Virus record (IMG/VR): IMGVR_UViG_3300022753_002012
Length of the DNA: 64,000 nucleotides
Direction: 5' to 3' (one strand)
From: an uncultured virus (IMG/VR IMGVR_UViG_3300022753_002012)
Taxonomy: Duplodnaviria; Heunggongvirae; Uroviricota; Caudoviricetes
The translations under genes were made by a program, and so were the position numbers. The notes beneath the pieces are model-generated. The model was not told where the DNA came from and ran no database searches. It saw only the letters and a program-made list of their open reading frames with translations. Below, piece after piece: positions 9,939-19,679 of the stretch. The first letter of the stretch is position 1; the number at the start of each line of letters is the position of its first letter.

Positions 9939-10320
9939 TTGCCACAGCCCCCTTCGTTTTAGCCCTGCCGTAACAGGCACGGGAGCAGTATTTTCGACCG
10001 GAGCTTTCGTAAGCCTGAAAGCTCTGTCCGCAAATGGGGCAGAGGATAGTGGCAACGGATCGGTGATGCATTTCGTCCTTGTGGTCGCGCCACCAAGCGA
10101 AACGGCATTTATCCGAACAGAATTTTTTCTCCTTCTTGTGAGGGAGTTTTTCCACGGGCGCTCCGCATTGCAGACAGTATTTTTGATTTTTATTGACTGG
10201 GTGCCTGGAGCAATAGGATTTGACCGAATGCAAATTTAACCCCAATTTTGCCGAAATGGTTCTGTAACCGAAGCCTTGTTTTTGAAGATTGACTATAAGG
10301 CTGCGTTCTTTTTTTGTCAT
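9931..10320 (-). CDS. HTH plus zinc-finger protein (possible excision regulator)
   Basis: GFGYRTISAKLGLNLHSVKSYC, CLQCG, FCSDKCR, CPICG, YCSRAC. Confidence 0.75.
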   Translation of the reverse strand: MTKKERSLIVNLQKQGFGYRTISAKLGLNLHSVKSYCSRHPVNKNQKYCLQCGAPVEKLPHKKEKKFCSDKCRFAWWRDHKDEMHHRSVATILCPICGQSFQAYESSGRKYCSRACYGRAKTKGAVANG

Positions 10321-10356
10321 CGTGATACCTCGTTTCTGAAGGAGGTTTTTTGAGTT

Positions 10357-10398
10357 CCTTCAAGGGTAGGCCACGAAAAAGGCAAAAAGGGGTGGTCT
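10357..10398 (-). repeat. 42-bp direct repeat copy 1 (putative phage-sigma promoter)
   Basis: 37/42 identical to 49656-49697; both lie just upstream of minus-strand operons. Confidence 0.75.
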
Positions 10399-10412
10399 AA
10401 ATCGAAAATAAT

Positions 10413-10449
10413 AAAAAAAGACCTACCTAGAGGCATCCCCCAGGTAGGT
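10413..10449 (-). terminator. Intrinsic terminator
   Basis: ACCTACCT...AGGTAGGT stem with T7 on minus strand. Confidence 0.75.
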
Positions 10450-10460
10450 AATCAGTAATA

Positions 10461-11036
10461 TTAGTTGTTGGTTTTATCCTTGTTTATTGCTTCGCAAAGC
10501 TCCTTTTGAACCTTAAGCAATACAACAAATCCGTCCACAGAATCCTTTATTACAAAGTACGCATCATCTATGTCGAGCTTTTCTATCATTTCAAAGCGCT
10601 CAAAATAACGCATAAACGTCGTGGTTTCGTGGTCGCTGCAATTTAAGAGACCTTGCACGATTCGTGCGTTCAGGGTTTTGTATTCCTTCAGTTCCAAACA
10701 TACAGCAGTTACCGTATCCAAAATGTCCGGGTGTTCCCAAACGAAATCGGCAATCTCCTGAGAGTTGCTGGAATCGTTTTTCATGGAATAATCCATCAGC
10801 TCAAAGTAAGCCTCAAGATCGGAATAGTTAAATCTTTGGGCTTTTTCTTCAGCGAAAAAGGCGTTGATATCGCAATTTAATATTTCCGAGAGCTTGGGTA
10901 AGAAGTCAATGGAAGGAAGCGCGTCGCCATTCTCCCATTTGGATACGGATTGTGGGGAAATGGTGAGGTACTCCGCCACCTGCTTTTGAGATAGACCTGC
11001 TCTTAAACGTAATGCTTTTAGATTTTTATTAAACAT
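10461..11036 (-). CDS. XRE-family regulator with unknown C-terminal domain (moron)
   Basis: LKALRLRAGLSQKQVAEYLTISPQSVSKWENG; own TTGACC-17-TATAAT promoter at 11095-11067. Confidence 0.85.
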   Translation of the reverse strand: MFNKNLKALRLRAGLSQKQVAEYLTISPQSVSKWENGDALPSIDFLPKLSEILNCDINAFFAEEKAQRFNYSDLEAYFELMDYSMKNDSSNSQEIADFVWEHPDILDTVTAVCLELKEYKTLNARIVQGLLNCSDHETTTFMRYFERFEMIEKLDIDDAYFVIKDSVDGFVVLLKVQKELCEAINKDKTNN

Positions 11037-11139
11037 AGATTTGTTCCTCCATCAGTTTTCACCTATATTATAAACCCAAATGCCTATCTGGTCAATGACT
11101 GGATAGGTGAGCAGGGTCTCAACCAGTGGTTGTTCCAAA

Positions 11140-11913
11140 TTATTGAAGATTTTCAATAAAGATTTGGTTCAATTCATCCCAGCTCTTCTGAACATCTTTT
11201 GGGTAGTCGGCAAGGAGTGCTTCTATCTCTTCGATAGATGAATCAAGATAATTGTTTATAACATCTATTCGTTTGCCTTCGCCGAGTTCCGATGTGGTCA
11301 TCTTCATACGAAGAAGCTCGTTTACTGCAGGTGCAATATCGGGAATCAGGCATTTTTCTGCAAGTTCCGAGAATTGCATAGGGGGAGGACTGTTCTTTTC
11401 AAGAATCCATCTGCATGCGAGAAGGGGTCGCAGGACATAAAAATACTTTTTCAGGCGTACCGTTTCACCGCGCAAATATTCTCTGTAATTGCTTTTAGCC
11501 GTACTCAAATAGTGATAAAGCCCCGACTTGGATTGGAAATAATCACTGATTACGCTGGATATCTTTTGCCACTCCGGCGTTGTTTTATAAACGATGGGAG
11601 AGTTGTTCCACTCAAAGAGCGTAGGATTAGATTTGTGAAGCAAAACAAGTGCTTTTTGCAAATCCCAACCATTGATATCAAGCGTTTCATCGAGTTGCCA
11701 TTCGATCACATCTCTTGTTTTATCTAAGCGTAGATAATAATCTCTGTGGCGAACATAGATAAAGCGTACATCAAAGTCGCTGTCGGGAGAAGGGAATCCC
11801 CAAGCACGGCTACCTGATTCCACACAGTGCAAAATGCGAATGTTTTCACGTTCCTCTATTTCTTTTAATTTTTCTGGAATGACGGTTTCTATAATGTGTT
11901 TTTCATTCACCAT
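11140..11913 (-). CDS. Pol-beta-type nucleotidyltransferase (YcgL/RlaP-like)
   Basis: ESGSRAWGFPSPDSDFDVRFIY, DINGWDL, LKKYFYVLRPLLA. Confidence 0.85.
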   Translation of the reverse strand: MVNEKHIIETVIPEKLKEIEERENIRILHCVESGSRAWGFPSPDSDFDVRFIYVRHRDYYLRLDKTRDVIEWQLDETLDINGWDLQKALVLLHKSNPTLFEWNNSPIVYKTTPEWQKISSVISDYFQSKSGLYHYLSTAKSNYREYLRGETVRLKKYFYVLRPLLACRWILEKNSPPPMQFSELAEKCLIPDIAPAVNELLRMKMTTSELGEGKRIDVINNYLDSSIEEIEALLADYPKDVQKSWDELNQIFIENLQ

Positions 11914-11934
11914 ATAGGGACACCTCCTTTAGAA

Positions 11935-12438
11935 TTATATTTCCTTGATTGTATCTGAGTTTTGAGGCACGAAAGAGAATACCTCGGGGACAGTTGTTGT
12001 CCATAACCGAGCCACATCAATTTGGTGCTTGGTAAGCGTACCTCGGCAGCTTTTGAGCCTGTTAAAATCGGTTTTGAAGTTGGCAACGCTTTTACTTTGC
12101 GTGAGATCAGTGACCTTTTCAACGTCGGTGCATCTTACCAGCTCATCCTCTAAGTTCATTACCTGGGGAAGAAAGACCAGCTTTGACTTGGTGCAGTATT
12201 TTTCGATATTCTCAATGTTCTTTTTGAGTTTGTCGGTAATCGGAACGTCGGTGTCAAACACGAATACAACGGTCGTTCCCGGCTTTATCGTGAGAAGAAT
12301 GGATTTTGAAATGATTGAGCTAATCACATTCAGAACCTTCGTTTTGCCGGGAGCAATCAGTTCGGGCTTTTCTTTGAGAGCTTTGATGAGAGTCTCGTCG
12401 CAATCGCCTTCTACAAAATAAATGCAATTATTCGTCAT
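11935..12438 (-). CDS. TOPRIM-like (RloB/AbiLii-like) protein
   Basis: IYFVEGDCDE and VFVFDTD (VEG...DxD); overlaps ATPase stop; start reset to ATG 12438. Confidence 0.6.
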   Translation of the reverse strand: MTNNCIYFVEGDCDETLIKALKEKPELIAPGKTKVLNVISSIISKSILLTIKPGTTVVFVFDTDVPITDKLKKNIENIEKYCTKSKLVFLPQVMNLEDELVRCTDVEKVTDLTQSKSVANFKTDFNRLKSCRGTLTKHQIDVARLWTTTVPEVFSFVPQNSDTIKEI

Positions 12439-13534
12439 CTTCCCACCCCTTTTCAAGAGAGTCAAGGAGGGAGTCGTTGGGCAGAGAAGAGAACACATCA
12501 TTTTCAACTGCACAACGAATCGAGTCGGTGTTGCGCTTCAAAATCTCCGAAGCGTACATAACCGATACTTCAACTTCATCTCCATCAACATTCTTACGAA
12601 GGAAAGCAAACGAATGCTTAGGAAGATTTAAGTCAAGCATATCTGTGTTGTGCGTGGTGAAAATCAGCTGCTCGTTATCCTTGATGTTGTCCATCATAAT
12701 GCCGAAGATACGCTTTTCAATATCTGTTTGGATATAAGAGAAGTGCTCATCGCAGTAATAGAAGCTACCTGCTCCCGAAAGCATCGAAGCCAAGAAGATA
12801 GCAATATCTACACCTTCCGCTGTACCGCTAGATAAAACCTCACGATTGAGGAGCTTGCCGTCTTGGATGATAATTTCCGTTCCTTTTCTGCGGATGATAT
12901 AGGAGTCTCTCAAATCCTTAGAAAGAGTAACATCGGTGAGAGTAGGATCAAGCGTTCCAATTACAGCTCTAAGGGTCTTAAGAAGCGTATTCTTTTTTAC
13001 TCCTGCAAGATTGAGGGTTGATTCTATTTCGGGGTAAGCAAATCTATAATTCAACTCACCAAATTTGTTCTTGAGCGTTTTGGTATCCGTTTCAATCAGC
13101 TTGGTTGTGTGATTGAGTTTGGCAACACACATCTCATAGGAGTCTTTTTCCGCAATATTAGCATACGAATGCGTAAGCTCTATATTTGCATTAGCGGGAT
13201 CAATCGATGCTGTTAATCTATGGAGTACAAAACCCTCGTTGACAAAGTCAATGCTGAAAGACCCAACTGTGTTGGGTGTAACCATCTCCAAAAGCAAAGC
13301 GGTATTGCCGGTGTTGATGAATTTGAATATTCTGGATAATGCTTTACCGAGGCTCGTTTTACCTGTTGCATTCGCACCCATCAAAAGAACAACCTTTTTG
13401 TATCTAAAGTTGGGGCGCTCGGCAAGATGCTCGTTTTCAATGATAGAGTTGACTATCTTTTTGGGATAGGCAAAATTAATATGAAAGTCCGAAAAGCCGA
13501 GAATATTGGTCAGTTTAACGTTTAAAACAATCAT
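12428..13534 (-). CDS. ABC/AAA_21-type ATPase (RloA/AbiLi-like)
   Basis: Walker A GANATGKTS, signature LSSGT, Walker B YYCDE, QLIFTTHN. Confidence 0.85.
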   Translation of the reverse strand: MIVLNVKLTNILGFSDFHINFAYPKKIVNSIIENEHLAERPNFRYKKVVLLMGANATGKTSLGKALSRIFKFINTGNTALLLEMVTPNTVGSFSIDFVNEGFVLHRLTASIDPANANIELTHSYANIAEKDSYEMCVAKLNHTTKLIETDTKTLKNKFGELNYRFAYPEIESTLNLAGVKKNTLLKTLRAVIGTLDPTLTDVTLSKDLRDSYIIRRKGTEIIIQDGKLLNREVLSSGTAEGVDIAIFLASMLSGAGSFYYCDEHFSYIQTDIEKRIFGIMMDNIKDNEQLIFTTHNTDMLDLNLPKHSFAFLRKNVDGDEVEVSVMYASEILKRNTDSIRCAVENDVFSSLPNDSLLDSLEKGWEDDE

Positions 13535-13577
13535 ATTTACCTCCGATAGTAGTTATTAGTTCGCCATTTACGAAGTA

Positions 13578-13606
13578 ATTATATCATATATTCTACGCAA
13601 ATGCAA
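13578..13606 (-). promoter_or_regulatory. Sigma-A promoter of ATPase moron
   Basis: TTGCAT-17-TATAAT with TG extension. Confidence 0.65.
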
Positions 13607-13648
13607 GAGGTTTTATGAGATTTGTTATAAATAATTTTTGAATTGAGC

Positions 13649-13688
13649 AAAAAAATAACGCCCACCGAAGAAAAAATCCTCGATGGGC
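13649..13688 (-). terminator. Terminator of late/lysis transcript
   Basis: GCCCA(T/C)CGA stem, T7 tract. Confidence 0.6.
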
Positions 13689-13694
13689 ATAAAG

Positions 13695-14603
13695 TCAGTT
13701 AGGTATTTTGAGTTCCATTCCCGTGTAAATCACATTGGAAGTCAGCCCGTTCAGCTCCTTGATTTCAGGATACCGAGAGCCTTTGCCGAGATAGGTCTTG
13801 GCAATGTTCCAAAGGCAATCGCCACGAACAACGGTATGGGTGCGATAGGTTTCCTTCGGATAGATGCATTCTCCATCGGGGGAGAACACAAAGTAGCCGG
13901 AATTGTCATCGGCGGCACGGACAGCGTTGGCAAGGACACGATATGCGCCGATCTGCGACTTCTTGTCCGACCAGGTCTTACGCACACGGTAGTAACCGCT
14001 TGTGAGCGTTTCGGGATACTCCTCGGTTGCCGTTTCGGTCTGTGTGTCGAGCAGAGCCTTAACGTCAGTGCGGAAGGTATCCATCGACTTGCCGTGCTTG
14101 GGAAACCAATGCATCACGTCTCCATGGTTGGAGGCAATGCCGAGCTTGCGACCCTCGCTGTGGCAGATGATGTCCTTCTCGGAAAGACCGTAGAGCTTGC
14201 AGAGATATACACACAGCTCTACAGCCTCCTTGTAAACGGCATTAAAATACGAGGCATCGGTAAGAGCGTCCTCGCAAATTTCAAAGCCTATGTGCGTATT
14301 GTTAGCCGAGCCACCTGCGTGCCATCCTCGATGATTCCAAGGGAGGGTCTGGTAAGTGGCAATCGTGCCGTCATTGAGCTTTCCGATAAAGCCGTGAACG
14401 CAAACCTCACGACCGCCGGGGTGATAGGTGTTCCAATGGTTATTGTACTTGTTTTTACCGAGCAATCCGTCATCGGGGCCAACGTAGCGTTTGAGCCACG
14501 GATTGTTAGCTCCGGTGGAATGCACCATAATGCCTTTGACGGTAATGGTTCTGCCTGCCTTGTAGCAAGCGTTCTCGGTCAAAATAAGGGTATGAAGGTT
14601 CAA
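13695..14603 (-). CDS. Endolysin: N-acetylmuramoyl-L-alanine amidase plus LysM
   Basis: GIMVHSTG, WHAGG..N..HIGFEICE, HSEG..NHGD; C-terminal HTVVRGDCLWNIA LysM; TTG start. Confidence 0.92.
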   Translation of the reverse strand: MNLHTLILTENACYKAGRTITVKGIMVHSTGANNPWLKRYVGPDDGLLGKNKYNNHWNTYHPGGREVCVHGFIGKLNDGTIATYQTLPWNHRGWHAGGSANNTHIGFEICEDALTDASYFNAVYKEAVELCVYLCKLYGLSEKDIICHSEGRKLGIASNHGDVMHWFPKHGKSMDTFRTDVKALLDTQTETATEEYPETLTSGYYRVRKTWSDKKSQIGAYRVLANAVRAADDNSGYFVFSPDGECIYPKETYRTHTVVRGDCLWNIAKTYLGKGSRYPEIKELNGLTSNVIYTGMELKIPN

Positions 14604-14604
14604 A

Positions 14605-14922
14605 TTACTCACTCTCCTTGGGGGTGTCAACAGTAGTGGTGGGTTTGTTTGTGAGCTGCTTTACGACCTGGTTTGTGCCGGTTGCGGAAAGACCGCTTGC
14701 TGCACCGATGACGATGGCAACAAGGATGTTCGTGGTTTCAAGAACACCGGGAACGCAGAAGAAGCAGATAGTGCCGATAAGGGCACCGAGACCGCAAGCA
14801 ATGAGAGGGATGAAACGTCTGAACTTCTCATCACCGCCCATAGCGGTTTTTACGATGTCGATTATCGTGTAAACGATAGCGGCAATTGCGGGGATGGTTG
14901 CGAAATCTACAAAAGTTGTCAT
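14605..14922 (-). CDS. Holin
   Basis: Three hydrophobic segments, GAASGLSATG, directly upstream of endolysin. Confidence 0.8.
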   Translation of the reverse strand: MTTFVDFATIPAIAAIVYTIIDIVKTAMGGDEKFRRFIPLIACGLGALIGTICFFCVPGVLETTNILVAIVIGAASGLSATGTNQVVKQLTNKPTTTVDTPKESE

Positions 14923-14939
14923 GGTAAAAATTCTCCTTA

Positions 14940-15197
14940 TTATTTGTGCGCCTGTTGGTTCAGGTGCTTTTCGATTTTGTTAATTGCGTGGGTTACGGGA
15001 CCGTCACAGCCTTGTTCCTGTAAACCCTTGAGGCAAGCAAGGACACCTTGCGTGAGGAGGGTCTGTTCCTCCTTGATCGCCTTGATGTCCTTGTCCTGCT
15101 TTTCTTGTTTGAGATACCATCTGTACACGGCAAAAACAACCCCGAAGATAACTCCAAGGGCGGTTATTACTGCCGCAACAGTCGTGATGTGTTCCAT
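14940..15197 (-). CDS. Single-TM lysis-cassette protein (holin/antiholin-like)
   Basis: N-terminal TM helix then charged helix; position in lysis module. Confidence 0.6.
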   Translation of the reverse strand: MEHITTVAAVITALGVIFGVVFAVYRWYLKQEKQDKDIKAIKEEQTLLTQGVLACLKGLQEQGCDGPVTHAINKIEKHLNQQAHK

Positions 15198-15208
15198 AGC
15201 CTACCTCC

Positions 15209-15604
15209 TTAATCAGCGAAATTGATAATGTTTTCGAGCAGAATCATATCGTTGGGGGTGGGAAGATCGTCGGCAGATCTGAAATGCTCCTCTTTGAGGG
15301 TGATGATTTCAAAGTCCTCGATCTCGGTGTCGAGCAGCTTAGCAACCTCGGCTTCAAAAGCCTCCTTCGCCCTCGCATCCTTGAGCTTGAGTCGCCCATC
15401 AGAAAGGAACGCAGGAGTGCCGTGTTCGGTCTTTTCACCGTAGGTCTCGACCGCCTTGCGTTCCTGGTCGCAGTAAAATTCGTATTCAGCTTCCACCTTT
15501 TTGCGGAGCTTTACGATTTCACGCAGTTTCTTGTAGTCGGCAAAACGCTTCTCGGTGAGCCTTACGATGGCATCCTTTGCCTCTACGACATACTTGAGTT
15601 TCAT
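15209..15604 (-). CDS. Hypothetical phage protein after tail fibre
   Basis: ORF with AGGAGG RBS in operon. Confidence 0.7.
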   Translation of the reverse strand: MKLKYVVEAKDAIVRLTEKRFADYKKLREIVKLRKKVEAEYEFYCDQERKAVETYGEKTEHGTPAFLSDGRLKLKDARAKEAFEAEVAKLLDTEIEDFEIITLKEEHFRSADDLPTPNDMILLENIINFAD

Positions 15605-15619
15605 GGATTTTTTCCTCCT

Positions 15620-18553
15620 TTATCCTGAATAAGTGCTTGATGAATAATCGGAAATACCACTAAAAGCGGAACTGCCGATGCCTACCAAAAGACCGCAATA
15701 GAACAGAAGATAACGAGAAGTCAAGGTTGCGGTCTGTACCTTGATTTGCCCCATCGTAAGGGCGAGTTTATTGGAGACGTATATGCCGTTACCCGTACTG
15801 AGCTGAAGGGATTTACCCACACGGACACCGCCATCGGCGCACAAAAGCGAGCTGACGGCAATACCGCTGACAGTACTGCTTGAATTATTCCAAGGGATAT
15901 AGCCCGTACCGCCCGTGATATGACCAATCTTTGTTGAACCATTATAGAACGATACTGTCGAGCCGGATATTTCAAGACCCAATCCCGAGGACTTCTTATT
16001 GGAGAATGTTCCCGTGATGGTAGCGCTCGTAGCATACAAAGCTCCGGCAGAGGTTACATAGAATGTTCCCGCACCGAGACCGATGCCGTCCGTGCCAATG
16101 TAAACACCTGCGGTTGAACTGCTATACGAGGTCTTTGTCTTGTAGATCGAGCTTGAACCTATGGTGAAACCGCCAATGGAGCCACTTGGAGCAGAGAGTC
16201 TTCCGCTGAAGACGGTACCGGAAGCCTCGTCCGAGGATACACCGGGAAGTTTCAAATACCAACTGTTGTCGTTATAATTGGCATTGATGTAGTAGGTGCT
16301 GTTGCCACCGAAAGTGAGCTTACCGGTTATGGTTAGGTTTTCAACAGAACCGCTTGTGGCAGTAATCTTACCCGCAATATCCGCCCCCGTCGCATAAAGA
16401 ACACCAGTCTTGGAAACGCTGAAGGTTCTGGTGCCTCCCCCACTCGCAGCATTGTGAGCGCGAATCCAATAGCTGGCGGTGTCAGAAGCCGAAGCCAGGT
16501 AGAACGAACCGCCCGTTTGGGTTGTGCCTATAGCCGAAGATGTGATAGACCAAGCACCGATTGAACCACTCTTTGCAGTAATCGCACCTGCAGATGTAAC
16601 ATAGAAGGTTCCGGCGCCGAGACCGATGCCATCTGTTCCAACATACACACCCGCTGTTGTGTTGCTGTAAGCAGTTTTCGTCTTATAGATTGAGCTTGTG
16701 CCAATCGTGAAGCCACCAATGTTTCCAGTAGGAGCAGAGAGTGTACCCTCAAAGTAAGCGGAGGTATCATCAACACGGAATTTCGGCAAATAAATATACC
16801 ACGAGCCATTGTTTTCGTTGGGGTTAAGGAAATATTCGTTCATATCCCCAAAATAAATCGAACCCAGGATATTAAGGTTGGAGAGACTTCCCGAGGTAGC
16901 GGTTATCGAACCAGTAATAGTTGCATTGGAAGCATATAAAGCTCCCGCCGAGGTAACATAGAAAGTACCCGCACCAAGCCCGATGCCGTTTGTACCGAGG
17001 TAAACTCCGGCGGTCGTATTGTTGTAGGCGGTCTTGGTTTTGTAGATACTGCTTGAACCAATGGTGAAGCCACCGATTGTGCCACTCGAAGCCGTTATCG
17101 TACCCCTTACAGAAAGCCCGGAGCTTGTAACGCTCATTACGGTCGTGCTGTTGGAATACAGATAAAAGCCACTTGTGGTCAGCTTCCAACCGAAGGAGGT
17201 AGTTGCGCCACCTTCTTCATCAACCTTTGCTTCAACCTCCGCAGCAATCTCTTCGGTGGTCTGTTCCAAGGTGGAAATATCGCCCTCGGCGTTGGTCATA
17301 CGAGTTTTGATACTGTTGACGCTCGTGGTGAGGGTGGCAATGTTACCTTCGGCATTGCTGACGCGGGTGGTAACGCTTGACACGTTTTGTTCGATGGTGG
17401 AGATATCACCTTCAGCGGTTTCCACACGGGTGGTAATACTGTCAAGGTCTTGCTCCAAAGCCGTAATATCACCCTCGGCATTGGTCATACGGGTTTTAAT
17501 GCCGTTAACGCTTGTCGTAAGGGTTGCAATATTGCCTTTGTTGGTGCTGACCTGGACTTCAACAGCGTCCACCGTTTGGGTCAAGGTGGAGATGTTGCCC
17601 GTGTTCGTGGACACCTGGGTGCTGATAGAATTGACCGTTTGCGTAAGAGAGGAGATATTGCCTCGGTTGGTTTCCACCTGGGAACTGATACCATCAACTG
17701 TCTGCTCAAGGGTTGAGATGTTACCCTCGGCAGTAGTCACACGTGTTTTGAGTCCGTTGACCGTAGTTGTCAGCGTGGTAATGTTTCCTTCTGCCGATGT
17801 AACCCTTGCGGTGATACCCGAAAGGTCGGTGGTGAGATCGGAAATATTGCCTTCCGCACTTGTAACACGGGTTGTGATAGAACTGACAGATTGCTCCAAA
17901 GATGAGATGTCGCCCTCGGCATTGGAAACACGGGTTGTGATACCGCTAACCGATGTTTCAATAGAGGCAATATCACCTTCGGCATTCGTCACCCTTGTAG
18001 TGATAGAGCTGACGTCTTGCTCGATAGCGGAAATGTCGCCTTCTGCGTTGGTTACACGGGTTTTGAGTCCGTTGACGGTGGTGGTGAGGGTCGTAACCTT
18101 TCCCTCGGCAGAGGACACACGAGTAGCAAGTCCGTCAGCCGTTACCTCCAATTCCGAGATGTTTTCTTCGTTTGCGGTAACACGCAAAGCAATGCTTGAA
18201 GCGGTCTGCTCAAGCTCGGAAACATCTGTCTGGATATCAAGGATGGTTTCTTGCGCCTCGCCCAGCCCATCTTCAACAACCTCGACACGCTTGGTAACCG
18301 AAGATACCGTGCTTGTAAGACCATTAAGGTTGGTTTCAAGATTGGCTTCTTTGGTCTCAATGGTTTTTATGGTGGTACGAATGGTGTCCGTACCGTTTTG
18401 TTCCTTCCAGGCAGAGCCGTTCCACACCATAGTTACGGGTGGATTTTTTGAAGTATCCACCCACAACTGTCCAAGGGTAGGATTTGCCGGTGCGGTTTTG
18501 GAAGGCTCCGCATCATAAAGCGAATGAATGGTTATTTGTGCTTGCGCCCGCAT
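15620..18553 (-). CDS. Tail fibre/receptor-binding protein with 21-aa coiled-coil repeats and triplicated beta-rich module
   Basis: GQLWVDTS N-terminus; repeats ITTRVTNAEGDISALEQ; three IGGFTIGSSSIYKTK..GIGLGAGTFYVTSAG. Confidence 0.8.
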   Translation of the reverse strand: MRAQAQITIHSLYDAEPSKTAPANPTLGQLWVDTSKNPPVTMVWNGSAWKEQNGTDTIRTTIKTIETKEANLETNLNGLTSTVSSVTKRVEVVEDGLGEAQETILDIQTDVSELEQTASSIALRVTANEENISELEVTADGLATRVSSAEGKVTTLTTTVNGLKTRVTNAEGDISAIEQDVSSITTRVTNAEGDIASIETSVSGITTRVSNAEGDISSLEQSVSSITTRVTSAEGNISDLTTDLSGITARVTSAEGNITTLTTTVNGLKTRVTTAEGNISTLEQTVDGISSQVETNRGNISSLTQTVNSISTQVSTNTGNISTLTQTVDAVEVQVSTNKGNIATLTTSVNGIKTRMTNAEGDITALEQDLDSITTRVETAEGDISTIEQNVSSVTTRVSNAEGNIATLTTSVNSIKTRMTNAEGDISTLEQTTEEIAAEVEAKVDEEGGATTSFGWKLTTSGFYLYSNSTTVMSVTSSGLSVRGTITASSGTIGGFTIGSSSIYKTKTAYNNTTAGVYLGTNGIGLGAGTFYVTSAGALYASNATITGSITATSGSLSNLNILGSIYFGDMNEYFLNPNENNGSWYIYLPKFRVDDTSAYFEGTLSAPTGNIGGFTIGTSSIYKTKTAYSNTTAGVYVGTDGIGLGAGTFYVTSAGAITAKSGSIGAWSITSSAIGTTQTGGSFYLASASDTASYWIRAHNAASGGGTRTFSVSKTGVLYATGADIAGKITATSGSVENLTITGKLTFGGNSTYYINANYNDNSWYLKLPGVSSDEASGTVFSGRLSAPSGSIGGFTIGSSSIYKTKTSYSSSTAGVYIGTDGIGLGAGTFYVTSAGALYATSATITGTFSNKKSSGLGLEISGSTVSFYNGSTKIGHITGGTGYIPWNNSSSTVSGIAVSSLLCADGGVRVGKSLQLSTGNGIYVSNKLALTMGQIKVQTATLTSRYLLFYCGLLVGIGSSAFSGISDYSSSTYSG

Positions 18554-18571
18554 CGGCTCAGCCTCCTTTCG

Positions 18572-19651
18572 TTAGAGTGTTACAACGACCATAAAGGTTG
18601 CCTTGGTGGTAACGTCGGAATTGGAGACCGAGAGGGTTTTACCCGTTTTCGTTCCGCTTGTACCCCAAGAGGTGTCGATAGCACCGTCCTTGTTGTATTT
18701 GGTCCAGGTATAAGTCCCTTTACCTTCGCTGTCGATTTCTGCACCCGCCTGGTATACAACAGCGGTGAGGGTTGTCGAGCCTTGACCGTTCTTAAAGACG
18801 TCACCACCTGTGGAGGTAATAATCACCTGGATGGGGTCAGAGTTGTCGATAAAGGTCGCAACGTCGGTAAAGGTGCTGTTGTAGGTGTTGGATGCGGAGT
18901 CGGAGTCGGTTGCGATACACTTGAAAACAGCGTAACTATCGACGGCTGCCGCATAGATGGTGATGGTAGCGGTTGTCGTTCCCGTGTACATACCCGAAGT
19001 ATCCGAGAGTTTTCTCCAACCGGTGCCGAACTTAGCATCATAGCCCGTGGAGGAGGACGAAGTCACGCTCGAATCCATAATCGCCCAAGCATAGGTAACG
19101 TTGGTGGTATCAACGGTCGAGCCTCTCCAAAGCTCTGCTTTTGCCGTAAGAGTGGCAACCTCGCTGTTCTTAAACACGTTACCGCTGGGAGTGGTAACGA
19201 GAAGGTCAACGATACCACCGCCGTTTACGACACGGCTGAAGGAAATGGTGAGAGGATGCGTGAGAGAAAGTCCCGTGGAGGCATCCTTGTAAGTGATAAC
19301 GCAACGATAATCAATGCCAGGCAGACCTGCCATCACGTTGCCCTTAATGGTAAGGATGTGGCTCTTGGTTCCGCTTAAAGCATAATTGCCGGAGGTGGTG
19401 ATTGCCGTAGTGGAGCTGCCAATATACCACTTAACAGAGGTAACGGCAGACGAGGTGATTTGGTCGGTAGTCGTACCGATGACATACAAGCTGGGGGTCA
19501 GCACCAGGTTGGTAGAAGACCAGTCCGGGTTGTATGTGTTGTTATCGGGGTTGAACATCTGCGATTTTGCGAGGTTCGACCCGATATAACCCGTGAGGGT
19601 TAAGGCGTCGTTGTAGTCAATAATTGTAAATTGACCTTGTGCTTTGCTCAT
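18572..19651 (-). CDS. Tail-associated protein (Ig-like beta-rich)
   Basis: Thr/Ser-rich with repeated G(N/D)VFKN motifs, also present in the neighbouring tail protein. Confidence 0.7.
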   Translation of the reverse strand: MSKAQGQFTIIDYNDALTLTGYIGSNLAKSQMFNPDNNTYNPDWSSTNLVLTPSLYVIGTTTDQITSSAVTSVKWYIGSSTTAITTSGNYALSGTKSHILTIKGNVMAGLPGIDYRCVITYKDASTGLSLTHPLTISFSRVVNGGGIVDLLVTTPSGNVFKNSEVATLTAKAELWRGSTVDTTNVTYAWAIMDSSVTSSSSTGYDAKFGTGWRKLSDTSGMYTGTTTATITIYAAAVDSYAVFKCIATDSDSASNTYNSTFTDVATFIDNSDPIQVIITSTGGDVFKNGQGSTTLTAVVYQAGAEIDSEGKGTYTWTKYNKDGAIDTSWGTSGTKTGKTLSVSNSDVTTKATFMVVVTL

Positions 19652-19679
19652 AATAAAAATCTCCTTTATTTGAATTTAC

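Noticed and set aside
13683..14636. 317-aa plus-strand ORF
   Set aside because: Antisense shadow of the endolysin
15620..17050. Duplicated tail-fibre modules as DGR template/variable repeats
   Set aside because: No reverse transcriptase in the window; copies are all in-frame coding and I saw no adenine-specific pattern
17250..18150. 63-bp periodic repeats as a possible CRISPR array
   Set aside because: In-frame degenerate coding repeats without unique spacers; no cas genes
17175..18518. 447-aa plus-strand ORF
   Set aside because: Antisense shadow of the repetitive tail fibre; no RBS or motif
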